Assembly: GCF_028641065.1 (NCBI RefSeq)
Contig: NW_026576497.1
Location: forward strand, 62,001-95,064
Direction: 5' to 3'
DNA from: Leucoraja erinacea
Taxonomy: Eukaryota
DNA: 33,064 nucleotides
The notes beneath the pieces were generated by a model that was given only the letters and a program-made list of their open reading frames with translations, had not been told where the DNA came from and ran no database searches. Shown piece by piece: positions 20,922-31,629 of the stretch. The position numbers and the translations under genes are program-made. Position 1 is the first letter of the stretch, and each line of letters opens with the position of its first letter.

Positions 20922-23677
20922 AAACATAGAAATTAGGTGCAGGAGTAGGCCATTCGGCCCTTCGAGCCTGCACCGCCAATCAATATGATCATGGCTCATC
21001 ATCCAACTCAGCATCCCGTACCTGCCTTCTCTCCTTACCCTCTGACCCCCTTAACCACAAGGGCCACATCTAACTCCCTCTTAAATATAACCAATGAACT
21101 GGGCACGACTACCCTCTGTGGCAGAGAGTTCCAGAGATTCACCACTCTCTGTTTTCTCATCTCGGTTTTAAAGGATTTCCCCCTTATCCTTAAGCTCTGA
21201 CCCCTTGTCGTGGGCTTCCCCAACATCGGGAGCAATCTTCCTGCATCTAGCCTGTCCAACCCCTTAAGAATTTTGTAAATTTCTATAAGATCCCCTCTCA
21301 ATCTCCTAAATTCTAGAGAGTATAAACCAAGTCTATCCATTCTTTCTTCATAAGACAGTCCTGACATCCCAGGAATCAGACTGGTGAACTTTCTCTGCAC
21401 TCCCTCTATGGCAATAATGTCCTTCCTCAGATTTGGAGACCAAAACTGTACGCAATACTCCAGGTGTGGTCTCACCAAGATCCTGTACAACTGCAGTAGA
21501 ACCTCCCTGCTCCTATACTCAAATCCTTTTTGCTATGAAAGCTAACCTACCATTCGCTTTCCTCACTGCCACCTGCACCTGCATGCCTACTTTCAATGAC
21601 TGGTGTACCATGACACACAGGTCTCGCTGCATCTCCCCTTTTCCTAGTCGACCACCATTTAGATAATAGTCTGCTTTCCTGTTTTTGCCACCAAAATGGA
21701 TAACCTCACATTTATCCACATTATATTGCATCTGCCAAACATTTGCCCACTCACCCAGCCTATCCAAGTCACCTTGCAGTCTCCTAGCATCCTCCTCACA
21801 GCTAACACTGCCCCCCCAGCTTAGTGTCATCCGCAAACTTGGAGATAATGCATTCAATTCCCTCATCCAGATCATTAATATTTATTGTAAATAGCTGGGG
21901 TCCCAGCACTGAGCCTTGCGGTACCCCACTAGTCTCTGCCTGCAATTGTGAAAAGGACCTGTTTACTCCTACTCTTTGCTTCCTGTTTGCCAGCCAGCTC
22001 TCTATCCACATCAATACTGAACCCCCAATGCCGTGTACTTTAAGTTTGTATACTAATCTCTTATGTGGGACCTTGTCGAAAACCTTCTGGAAGTCCAGAT
22101 ACACCACATCCACTGGTTCTCACCTATCCACGCTACTAGTTACATCCTCGAAAAATTCTATAAGATTCGTCAGACATGATTTACCTTTCGTAAATCCATG
22201 ATGACTTTGTCCAATGATTTCACCACTTTCCAAATGTGCTGCTATCCCATCTTTAATAACTGACTCTAGCAGTTTCCCCAACTACCGATGTTAGACTAAC
22301 TGGTCTGTAATTCCCCCCCTTTTCTCTCTGCCTTCCTTCTTAAAAAGTGGGGTTACGTTTGCTACCCGCCAATCCTCAGGAACAACTCCAGAATCTAAAG
22401 AGTTTTGAAAGATTATTACTAATGCATCCACTATTTCTGGAGCTACTTCCTTCAGTACTCCGGGATGCAGCCTATCTGGCCCTGGGGATTTATCGGCCTT
22501 TAATCCATTCAATTTACCCGACACCACTTCCCGGCTAACCTGGATTTCACTCAATTCCTCCAACTCCTTTGACCCGCGGTCCCCTGCTATTTCCGGCAAA
22601 TTATTTATGTCTTCCTTGGTGAAGACGGAACCAAATTAGTTATTCAATTGGTCCGCCATATCCTTGTTCCCCATGATCAACTCGCCTGTGTTTCTGACTG
22701 CAAGGGACCTTCATTTGTTTTAACTAATCTCTTTCTTTTCACATATCTATAAAAACTTTTGCAGTCACTTTTTATGTTCCCTGCCAGATTTCTTTCATAA
22801 TCTATTTTCCTTTCCTAATTAAGCCCTTTGTCCTCCTCTGCTGGTCTCTGAATTTCTCCCAGTCCTGCGGTATGCTGCTTTTTCTGGCTAATTTGTAAGC
22901 ATCATCCTTCGCTTTGATACTATCCTTGATTTCCGTTGTTATCCACGGATGTACTACCTTCCCTGATTTATTCTTTTGCCAAACTGGGATGAACAATTGT
23001 TGTAGTTCATCCATGCAGTCTTTAAATGTCTTCCATTGCATATCCACTGTCAACCCTTTTAGAATTAATTGCCAGTCAATCTTGGCCAATTCACGTCGCA
23101 TACCCTCAAAGTTACCTTTCTTTAAGTTCAGAACCATTGTTTCTGAATTAACAATGTCACTCTCCATCCTAATGAAGAACTCAACCATATTATGGTCACT
23201 CTTGCCCAAGGCACCCATTATAACTGTTTTGCCTTTGTCGCACGCAGTTCTAATTTCCTGTTTGATACCATCTCCAACTTCACTACTACTGTTAGGTGGC
23301 CTGTACACAACACCCACCAGCGTTTTCCGCCCCTTAGTGTTTCGCAGCTCTACCCATACCGATCCCACATCCTCCAAACTAATGTCCTTCTTTTCCATTG
23401 AATTAATCTCCTCGCTAATCAGCAACGCTACCCCATCTCCTTTTCCTTTCTCTCTATCCCTCCTGGATATTGAATATCCCTGGATGTTCAGCTCCCAGCC
23501 TTGGTCACCCTGGAGCCATGTCTCCGTGATCCCAACTATATCATAGTCATTAATTGCTATCTGCACATTCAACTCATCCACATTATTACGACTGCTCCTT
23601 GCATTGAGACACAAAGCCTTCAGGCTTGTTTTTACAACACTCTTACCCCTTATACAATTATGTTGAAAAGTGGCCCT
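20922..23677 (-). mobile_element. CR1/HER1-type LINE, near-complete but disrupted ORF2, inserted in an L2
   Basis: ORF pieces CLNARS/ITETW/YRPP (22802-23614, internal deletion at IMG|ALGKSDHN), KSPGPD, DFQKVFD, GVPQGS, FADD, RPHLEYC; frameshifted; tttctatg tail at ~20922. Confidence 0.95.
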
Positions 23678-24952
23678 TTAATGCACAGATGAAAAGGGAG
23701 GGGACGTCGGGCTAAGGATAGGCAGAGGTGAAGAGATGGGTCTTGAGGCGGGACTGGAAGATGGTGAGAGACACGGAATTGCGGATCAGTTGGGGGAGGG
23801 AGTTCAAGAGCCTGGGAGCTGCCCTGGAGAAGGCTCTGTCCCCGAAACTGCGGAGGTTGGACTTGTGGATGGAGAGGAGACCGGCTGATGTGGATCTGAG
23901 GGACCGTGAAGGTTGGTAGGGGGAGAGGAGGTTAGTGAGATATGTGGGGGCCAGATGGTGGAGGGCTTTGTAGGTGAGGATCAGGATTTTGTAAGTGATT
24001 AGGTGGGAGATAGGAAGCCAGTGAAGTTGTTTGAGGACTGGAGTGATGTGATGCCAGGATTTGGTGTGGGTGATGAGTCGGGCGGCTGCATTCTGGACCA
24101 GTTGGAGTCGGTTGATGTAGGTGGAGCTGATGCCAAGGAGAAGTGAGTTGCAATAGTCCAGTCGGGAGGAGATGAAGGCATGGATGAGTCTTTCAGCAGC
24201 GGGAGGTGTGAGAGAGGGTCTGAGTTTGGCGATGTTGCGGAGAAGAAAGAAGGAGGTTTTAATGACATGGCGGATGTGAGGCTCAAGGGAGAGGGTGGAA
24301 TCAAAGATCACACCAAGGTTGCGGGCCTGGGGAGATGGGGAAACAGTGGTGCCGTCGATGGTGAGAGTGGGGTTATTGATTTTGCTGGGTGTGGCTTTGG
24401 AGCCTATGAGGAGGAATTCTGTTTTATCGCTGTTGAGTTTGAGGAAATTATGTTGCATCCAGGTTTTTATAGCTGACAAACAGGTGTTGGGAGGGGGGGG
24501 GGGTGGTAGGATTTGGTGCCATGGTAGATCTGGGTGTCATCAGCGTAACAGTGGAAGTCCAGGGTGAAGTGGCGGAGTATCTGACCAAGGGGGAGCATGT
24601 AGATGATGAAGAGGAGGGGGCCGTGTACGGAGCCTTGGGGAACGCCTTGAGTGACTGTGGCTGTAGCAGATGTGTGGTTGTGGAGAGAGATGAAGTGGGA
24701 TCTGTTGGAAAGGTTAGAACGGAGCCAGCTGAGTGCAGAGCCTTCAATGCCGAGGTCTTTGAGTCTGGTGAGCAGGATGTTATGGTTCACTATATCGAAG
24801 GCTGCGCCCAGGTCGAGGAGGATGAGGATGTTGAGGGACCCAGTGTCAGCAGAGGTGAGGAGGTCGTTGAGGACTTTGAGGAGAGCAGTTTCTGTGCTAT
24901 GGAGGGAGCGAAAGCCAGATTGGAGGGGTTCAAGTAGGTTATACGGCATCAA
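23678..24952 (-). mobile_element. L2-clade LINE, 3' part of ORF2 (RT), frameshifted
   Basis: QSGFRSLHSTETALLKV, LDLGAAFD, GVPQGS, YADDTQIY, FLKLNSDKTE, SRLDYCN, LQLVQNAAARL, HWLPI, GDRAFS, LKTHLF. Confidence 0.95.
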
Positions 24953-25345
24953 GTGCCCGGTTAGGTTTCGTCAGATCCGGCCACTGTTTGCCAGCTGTCT
25001 GGACGTGTGCTCCTGCTAAACTTGTTTGCTTTCAGAAATTCCCGCATGTGCCAGATAACGGCCCCAAAAGACACAGCACTGGAATTCAGGCATTCTGCCA
25101 ACCCACTGATACGTGAAGCAGCATCTTCCCCCTCACTACGCTCAAGCTCTGAGTACGGAGGGCTGCAGCTGGCTGCTAGCTCGCTCGCTCCACTGCGTAA
25201 GCTGGATACATCGGGCTTCCCCACCTCCAGCATGATCCCACCCCCGGGATCAGTGTCGAGGGAGGATCCCGATATCTCTGACAGCGATGAGCTGGCCAGT
25301 GAATGGCCAGGGTCCTGTACTCTCCCACCGCCTCCTTCAACTGTG
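24953..25345 (-). mobile_element. Probable continuation of the Tx1-like element (ORF1 C-terminal region)
   Basis: Ser-rich low-complexity frame ending MREFLKANK...KQWPDL, which would join ILRSKVSGLPDSETRQF at 20738 if the L2 and CR1 are removed. Confidence 0.45.
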
Positions 25346-25599
25346 GAACAATAGTGGAGCTGATTCAGTGAGTCTGGATCCGGTGATTGAACCAATCCTT
25401 CTGGGAAAGATCATGCAGACCCATTTCTAAAGTGTTCCCATTCCACCCGGCTTGGACCGTGATCACGTATTGGATCCCCACCCCCCAAAGTCAACATGAA
25501 GCTCCATCTCGAATGACCCCGGAGACGCAGCCTAAACGCAGCTGCGCGGCTCCGAGCCCGAGACCGTGCCACCGCTATCCTGAGAGGATAGGGAAAAAA

Positions 25600-28500
25600 A
25601 TTAGGGAAAAATAGAGAAGAGGTCCTGAAAGAAGAATTTAGGGAGTTAGGTAGAGAGTTAAGGAGAAGGACTGGAAAGGTAACAATCTCAGGATTACTGC
25701 CTGTGCCACGCGACAGTGAGAGTAGGAATGGAGCGAGGTGGAGGATAAATGCGTGGATGAGGGACTGGTGCAGTGGGTATGGATTCAAGTTTCTGGATCA
25801 TTGGGACCTCTTTTGGGGAAGGTGCGACCTGCACAGAAAGGGCGGGTTGCACTTGATCTCAAGGGGGACCAATATCCTGGCGGGGAGATTTGCAAAGGCT
25901 ACTGGGGAGACGTTAAACTAGTATGGTTGGGGGGGAGGGACGCAAATTGGGAAAGCTAGCAGTCAGTGTGTGAAGCAGGGGGGCAGAGAATGGTAGCACT
26001 CTGACCCAAAATTTAGGGGAGAGAGAAGAAAAAGAAAATAATCAGAGAATAAGAGAGGGTGGGTTTCTTAAATGTGTATATTTTAATGCTAGGAGCATTG
26101 TAAGAAAAGTGGATGAACTTAGAGCCTGGATTGACACCTGGAAGTATGATGTTGTGGCGATCAGTGAAACATGGTTGCAGGAGGGCTGTGATTGGAAACT
26201 AAATATTCCAGGATTTCGTTGCTTCAGGTGTGATAGAATTGGAGGGGCAAGAGGTGGAGGTGTTGCAATGCTTATCAGGGAAGATATTACAGCAGTGCTT
26301 TGGCAGGATAGATTTGAGGGCTCGTCTAGGGAGGCTATTTGGGTGGAACTGAGAAATGGGAAAGGGGTAGCAACACTTATAGGGGTGTATTATAGACCGC
26401 CAAATGGGGAGCGAGAATTGGAAGAGCAAATATGTAAGGATATTGCAGATATTAGTAGTAAGCACAAGGTAGTGATTGTGGGAGATTTCAATTTTCCACA
26501 CATAGACTGGGAAACACATTCTGTAAATGGGCTGGATGGGTTGGAGTTTGTAAAATGTGTGCAGGATAGTTTTTTGCAACAATACATAAAAGTACCTACT
26601 AGAGAAGGGGCGATACGGGACATGATAGGAAATGATATGGGTCAGGTGGGGCAGGTGGCAGAGGTATGCGTTGGGGAACAGTTCGGGTCCAGTGATCACA
26701 ATACCATTAGTTTCAATATAATTATGGAGAGGGACAAAACTGTACCTAGGGTTGAGATTTTTGATTGGAGAAAGGCTAACTTTGAGGAGATGCGAAAGGA
26801 TTTAAAAGGAGTAAATTGGGACAGTTTGTTTTATGGGGAAGATGTGGAAGAGAAATGGAGTACCTTTAAAGGTGACATTTTAAGAGTACACAATCTTTAT
26901 GTCCCTGTTCGGCTGAAAGGAAATCGTAAAAATTGTAAAGAGCCATGGTTTTCAAGGGAAATTGGACACTTGGTTCGGAAAAAGAGGGAGATCTACAATA
27001 ATTATAGGCAGCATGGAGTAAATGAAGTGCTTGAGGAGTATAAAGAATGTAAAAAGAATGTTAAGAAAGAAATTAGTAAAGCTAAAAGAAGATATGAGGT
27101 TGCTTTGGCAAGTAAGGTAAAAGTAAATCCGAAGGGTTTCTACCGCTATATTAATAGCAAAAGGATAACGAGGGACAAAATTGGTCCATTAGAGAGTCAG
27201 AGTGGACAACTATCTGCAGAGCCAAAAGAGATGGGGGAGATATTGAACAGTTTCTTTTCTTCGGTATTCACCAAGGAGAAGGATATTGAATTATGTGAGG
27301 TACGGGAAACAAGTAGAGTAGCTATGGAAACTATGAGGATCAAAGAAGAGGAAGTACTGACACTTTTGAGAAATATAAAAGTGGATAAGTCTCCAGGTCC
27401 GGACAGGATATTCCCTAGGACATTGAGGGAAGTTAGTGTAGAAATAGCAGGGGCTATGGCAGAAATATTTCAAATGTCATTAGAAACGGGAATAGTGCCG
27501 GAGGATTGGCGTACTGCGCATGCTGTTCCATTGTTTAAAAAGGGGTCTAAGAGTAAACCTAGCAATTATAGACCTGTTAGTTTGACGTCAGTGGTGGGCA
27601 AATTAATGGAAAGAATACTTAGAGATAATATATATAAGCATCTGGATAAACAGGGTCTGATTAGGAACAGTCAACATGGATTTGTGCCTGGAAGGTCATG
27701 TTTAACTAATCTTCTTGAATTTTTTGAAGATGTTACTCGGGAAATTGATGAGGGTAAAGTAGTGGATGTTGTGTATATGGACTTCAGTAAGGCCTTTGAC
27801 AAGGTTCCTCATGGAAGGTTGGTTAAGACGGTTCAATGGTTGGGTAGTAATGGTGGAGTAGCAAGATGGATTCAACAGTGGCTGAATGGGAGATGCCAGA
27901 GAGTAATGGTGGATGGTTGTTTGTCAGGTTGGAGGCCAGTGACGAGTGGGGTGCCACAGGGATCTGTGTTGGGTCCACTGTTGTTTGTCATGTACAACAA
28001 TGATCTGGATGATGGTGTGGTAAATTGGATTAGTAAGTATGCAGATGACACTAAGATAGGTGGGGTTGCGGGTAATGAAGTAGAGTTTCAAAGTCTACAG
28101 AGAGATTTATGCCAGTTGGAAGAGTGGGCTGAAAGATGGCCGATGGAGTTTAATGCTGATAAGTGTGAGGTGCTACATCTTGGCAGGACAAATCAAAATA
28201 GGACGTACATGGTAAATGGTAGGGAATTCAAGAATGTAGGTGAACAGAGGGATCTGGGAATAACTGTGCACAGTTCCCTGAAAGTGAAATCTCACGTAGA
28301 TAGGGTGGTAAATAAAGCTTTTGGTGTGCTGGCCTTTATAAATCAGAGCATTGAGTATAGAAGTTGGGATATAATGTTAAAATCGTACAAGGCATTGGTG
28401 AGGCCAATTCTGGAGTATGGTGTACAATTTTGGTCGCCTAATTATAGGAAGGGTGTCAACAAAATAGAGAGAGTACAGAGGAGATTTATTAGAATGTTGC

Positions 28501-28959
28501 CTGGGTTTCAGCAACTAAGTTACAGAGAAAGGTTGAACAAGTTAGGGCTTTATTCTTTGGAGCGCAGAAGGTTAAGGGGGGACTTGATAGAGGTTTTTAA
28601 AATGATGATACGGATAGACAGAGTTGACGTGGAAAAGCTTTTCCCACTGAGAGTAGGGAAGATTCAAACAAGGGGACATGACTTGAGAATTAAGGGACTG
28701 AAGTTTAGAGGTAACATGAGGTGGAACGTCTTTACTCAGAGAGTGGTAGCTGTGTGGAATGTGCTTCCAGTGAAGGTGGTGGAGGCAGGTTCGTTTTTAT
28801 CATTTAAAAATAAATTGGATAGTTATATGGACGTGAAGGGAATGGAGGGTTATGGTCTGAGCGCAGGTATATGGGACTAGGGGAGAACACGTGTTCGGCA
28901 CGGACTAGAAGGGTCGAGATGGCCTGTTTCCGTGCTGTAATTGTTATATGATTATATGG
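25600..28959 (+). mobile_element. CR1-clade LINE, 5'-truncated within ORF1, ORF2 uninterrupted
   Basis: ORF1 C-terminus of SGNH-esterase type (...ISGLLPVPR...FLDHWDLFWGR...GLHL...TLN*, stop at 25921), then ORF2, a short 3'UTR and a ttatatgattatatgg tail. Confidence 0.95.
26109..28880 (+). CDS. CR1 ORF2: apurinic endonuclease plus reverse transcriptase
   Basis: APE motifs ISETW, YYRPP, VGDFN, SSDH; RT motifs [28 protein letters not shown]. Frame is open upstream to 25974, including CVYFNARS. Confidence 0.95.
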   Translation: MDELRAWIDTWKYDVVAISETWLQEGCDWKLNIPGFRCFRCDRIGGARGGGVAMLIREDITAVLWQDRFEGSSREAIWVELRNGKGVATLIGVYYRPPNGERELEEQICKDIADISSKHKVVIVGDFNFPHIDWETHSVNGLDGLEFVKCVQDSFLQQYIKVPTREGAIRDMIGNDMGQVGQVAEVCVGEQFGSSDHNTISFNIIMERDKTVPRVEIFDWRKANFEEMRKDLKGVNWDSLFYGEDVEEKWSTFKGDILRVHNLYVPVRLKGNRKNCKEPWFSREIGHLVRKKREIYNNYRQHGVNEVLEEYKECKKNVKKEISKAKRRYEVALASKVKVNPKGFYRYINSKRITRDKIGPLESQSGQLSAEPKEMGEILNSFFSSVFTKEKDIELCEVRETSRVAMETMRIKEEEVLTLLRNIKVDKSPGPDRIFPRTLREVSVEIAGAMAEIFQMSLETGIVPEDWRTAHAVPLFKKGSKSKPSNYRPVSLTSVVGKLMERILRDNIYKHLDKQGLIRNSQHGFVPGRSCLTNLLEFFEDVTREIDEGKVVDVVYMDFSKAFDKVPHGRLVKTVQWLGSNGGVARWIQQWLNGRCQRVMVDGCLSGWRPVTSGVPQGSVLGPLLFVMYNNDLDDGVVNWISKYADDTKIGGVAGNEVEFQSLQRDLCQLEEWAERWPMEFNADKCEVLHLGRTNQNRTYMVNGREFKNVGEQRDLGITVHSSLKVKSHVDRVVNKAFGVLAFINQSIEYRSWDIMLKSYKALVRPILEYGVQFWSPNYRKGVNKIERVQRRFIRMLPGFQQLSYRERLNKLGLYSLERRRLRGDLIEVFKMMIRIDRVDVEKLFPLRVGKIQTRGHDLRIKGLKFRGNMRWNVFTQRVVAVWNVLPVKVVEAGSFLSFKNKLDSYMDVKGMEGYGLSAGIWD

Positions 28960-29482
28960 ACAGGGCTACACACCAGCACCGCAGATAACAGCAGTATCAG
29001 CTCAAGAGCGATCTGTAAGTCACTCTCAGCAGATGCTTTTCTCTCCAGCCGAGCAAGTAAATACCCCCACGCCCATCTTCTCTGCCGAGAGCATCTCTTG
29101 GGAGGCATCTCAGGCCTTCCGAGCATCCGGAATCTGCCGGATTCGATAAGTACCTTCTCTTCGTTTAAGCCCAGGCGACCTGCTCTGGGCACATCGGTAT
29201 GGGAGCAGGGTTATGGTGCTAGAAACGATATAAACACCGACACTTTCCGATTCCCGGTCACCAGGTACGAGTGGCAATCCACCAGCCACTGCTGCTCTCG
29301 CGGCCCTCCATAAAAGCGCTGGAATTCCCGCACTGAATGGAGATATCCTTTAAAAAGGAAAGTTTCCGCAGTCCGACGTTAGGTCAGACTTCGAACTCTC
29401 GCTGCCTCTGTCCCTCTTCCCTCCGACAAAAACTTTTGAAAGGGCGTTTCGAAACTTCTCAGCGTCGGAGCAGAGATAGACA

Positions 29483-29485
<3 letters not shown>

Positions 29486-29564
<79 letters not shown>

Positions 29565-29692
29565 GTCTGTCCGTCTCTATCTCTCTCTCCCCACACCTCT
29601 CTCTCCTCTCTCTCTCTCTCTCTCCCCTCTCTCTCCTCTCCCCCTCTCTCTCTCTATCTCTCTCTCTCTCTCTTACCCCCCCCCCCCCCCCT
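29486..29692. repeat. (CT)n microsatellite / polypyrimidine tract
   Basis: Direct reading. Confidence 0.98.
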
Positions 29693-29856
29693 TCCCAGAC
29701 TAATTGTGTTTCTGTAAGTTTCAACATAATTTATCTTTGTAATGTTTTCTTTCTTTCCTTCCGTGGCAACGTGTAAACAATCCATGCTACACTGTGTTTC
29801 TCGGTTAGCGCCCCAGATGTTCTGCAGGGCTGTGTGCCTGTATTCCGCCACGCTGA

Positions 29857-29895
29857 GGTTTTGGTACAGCTATCTCACTGCGCTGTGCCACTGTG
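29857..29895 (-). other. V(D)J recombination signal sequence, 23-bp spacer
   Basis: Minus strand: heptamer CACAGTG (29895-29889), spacer gcacagcgcagtgagatagctgt (23 nt counted), nonamer ACCAAAACC (29865-29857; 8/9 match to ACAAAAACC). Confidence 0.96.
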
Positions 29896-30201
29896 CGATG
29901 CGCGGACTCATCCCACAGTAATACACAGCCTCGTCGCTCGGCAGAACTTCAGAGAGCGTTAACTGACTGATTTTCTGGGCAGGATCGAGAGAACCAGAAA
30001 TACGACCTTCGGCAGCCTCTTCCTCATCTTGCTTTCCTGAAGTGTGTCTTTGGAGCAGGAATTCCAGAGCCTGCCCTGGGAACTGTCGGTACCAGTGTAC
30101 TGTGTACGAGCAGATTCCGGAATATACGCAGTTAAGGGTGGCAGTGTCACCAGAAAGAGAGGATTGTTGAGGCGGACTCTGGGAACCCGCGGAAATGGAA
30201 T
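29896..30201 (-). CDS. T-cell receptor alpha/delta-type V gene segment (V exon); probably a NAR-TCR-supporting TCR-delta V
   Basis: Open Ig V-set frame SISAGSQSPPQQSSLSGDTATLNC-VYSGICSYTVH-WYRQFPGQALEFLL...LTLSEVLPSDEAVYYC-GMSPRI with both canonical Cys, WYRQ and DxAxYYC. Phase-1 acceptor (ctgttattttccacag|AT at 30202/30201). Ends directly at an RSS. The ORF-track N-terminus (30262-30202) is intron. Confidence is for the V-segment call; the subtype is inference. Confidence 0.93.
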
Positions 30202-30373
30202 CTGTGGAAAATAACAGGGGAATAGTTATTGTTTTAACATTGACTGTTGGAGACTGTGACACACACAGAAACTAGTTACCGTCTCCGGTAGTTCATCACA
30301 TTTTTGCAAAATGTATGGAAACGTTATTTATGGATCCTTTAATTGTTCCCTCGACGAGTGGAGATTTAATTTC

Positions 30374-30753
30374 GTTTAGGTTAGTTTACTTTAGTATAGT
30401 TTGGTTTAGTTTACATTAGTTCAGTTTAGTTCAGTTTAGTTTAGTTTAGGGACACAGCGCGGAAACGGGCCCTTCGGCCCACCAAGTCCGCGCCTCCCTG
30501 CAATCCCCGCACATTAACACTATCCTACACACACGATGGAATATTTACATTTATAGAGCGCCAATAACCCTTCAAAACTGTCCGTATTTGGAGTGTGGGA
30601 AGAAACCCTAGATCTCGGAGAAAACCCACACAGATTATGTGGAGAACATACAAACTCCGTACCAACAACACCCGGAGTCTGGATCGGACTCGGGTCTCTG
30701 GTGCTAAACGCGCTGTTAGGCAGCACCTCTACCGTTACCGTTGTGCCACCGTG
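30374..30753 (-). mobile_element. HE1-type tRNA-derived SINE, just upstream of the V exon
   Basis: Minus strand cacggtggcacaacggta...gtgggttttctccgagatc...gggccgaagggcccgtttccgcgctgt, then a (ctaaa)n tail. Confidence 0.88.
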
Positions 30754-31028
30754 GAGAAAATCACTGACGAATATCCGCGAGGTCAAACTCTGATTATGAA
30801 AGTGAAATTGGAAATATTCCAGGCTGTGGGAACAATCAAAGCGAGCACGGGATAATAGTGGAGCTGATTCAGTGAGTCGGGATCCGGTGATTGAGACAAA
30901 TTATCTTACTCGGTTCTCTAGCATTTTGTAATTGGTTCTTGGCGTTAAAACAATAGAACTAGTCATTCTCCCCACAGCTTGACTGAAGTGTATCCCTTCC
31001 TGGATATAGTCAAGTTTCAACAGTGTAA

Positions 31029-31210
31029 TTAGGCCATTCGGCCCATCAGGCCCACTTCGCCATTCAATAATGGCTGAACTATGTCACCCTCCGAACCCCA
31101 TTCTCCTGCCTTCTCCTCAATGTCAAAACCTCTGACGCCTCGAGTAATCAAAAATCTATCTATCGCTGCCTTATTTTCCCCCTGACTTGGCCTCCACAGC
31201 CTTCTGTGTT
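31029..31210 (-). mobile_element. Degenerate CR1 3' end
   Basis: aggccattcggcccatc...cgccattcaataatggctga; KAAIDRFLITRGVRG. Confidence 0.7.
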
Positions 31211-31629
31211 TAACAACTGGAAGGTCATCTTTTAAGTGGAATTTACACAACCCGGGATAAATGCTTTGCCCTTTATGAATCAATAGTTTTTTTTTTTTTT
31301 GCTTCACTGGGCCACGTCCTTCTACATTTTACTTTCGTTTAATTGAAGAACAGTTTTGGTTTTTAATCTAGAATGCCCGCATTTTGCTGCTTGCGGTTCA
31401 TATTTCCCCCCTCCAGAGATCCGTTTCAACAGGTCTGCCAGCTGTCGTTTGATTTCAGTTAGTGGAATGTTTACAGATGGTTCAGCTTCACTCACAGCCC
31501 ATCTATTCTCCCGCCAACCTCCCTCTGTTTCCTGGAGTAAGAAATAAATTGTTTCCCAGGCTTTCGCTCACAGCGGGCGTGGATCAATCCCATAGATTTT
31601 ATGGGATACATTCATAAGCCAGTTGTAAT

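Noticed and set aside
22914-26699. Long antisense ORFs over LINE sequence (e.g. 22914-23546, 24503-24937, 26199-26699; likewise 18573-19073 over the GPCR)
   Set aside because: Shadow frames of real coding strands with no independent motifs.
29790-29796. Second perfect heptamer (CACAGTG on -) downstream of the RSS
   Set aside because: No nonamer at 12- or 23-nt spacing.
29337-29851. ORFs rich in SL/ER repeats; also the poly-P/poly-G ORFs at 8742-9263 and 31973-32229
   Set aside because: Translations of microsatellite or homopolymer runs.
30722-30765. J-segment-like peptide FLHGGTTVTVE on the minus strand upstream of the V
   Set aside because: It is the tRNA-derived head of the HE1-type SINE and has no RSS in front or splice donor behind.
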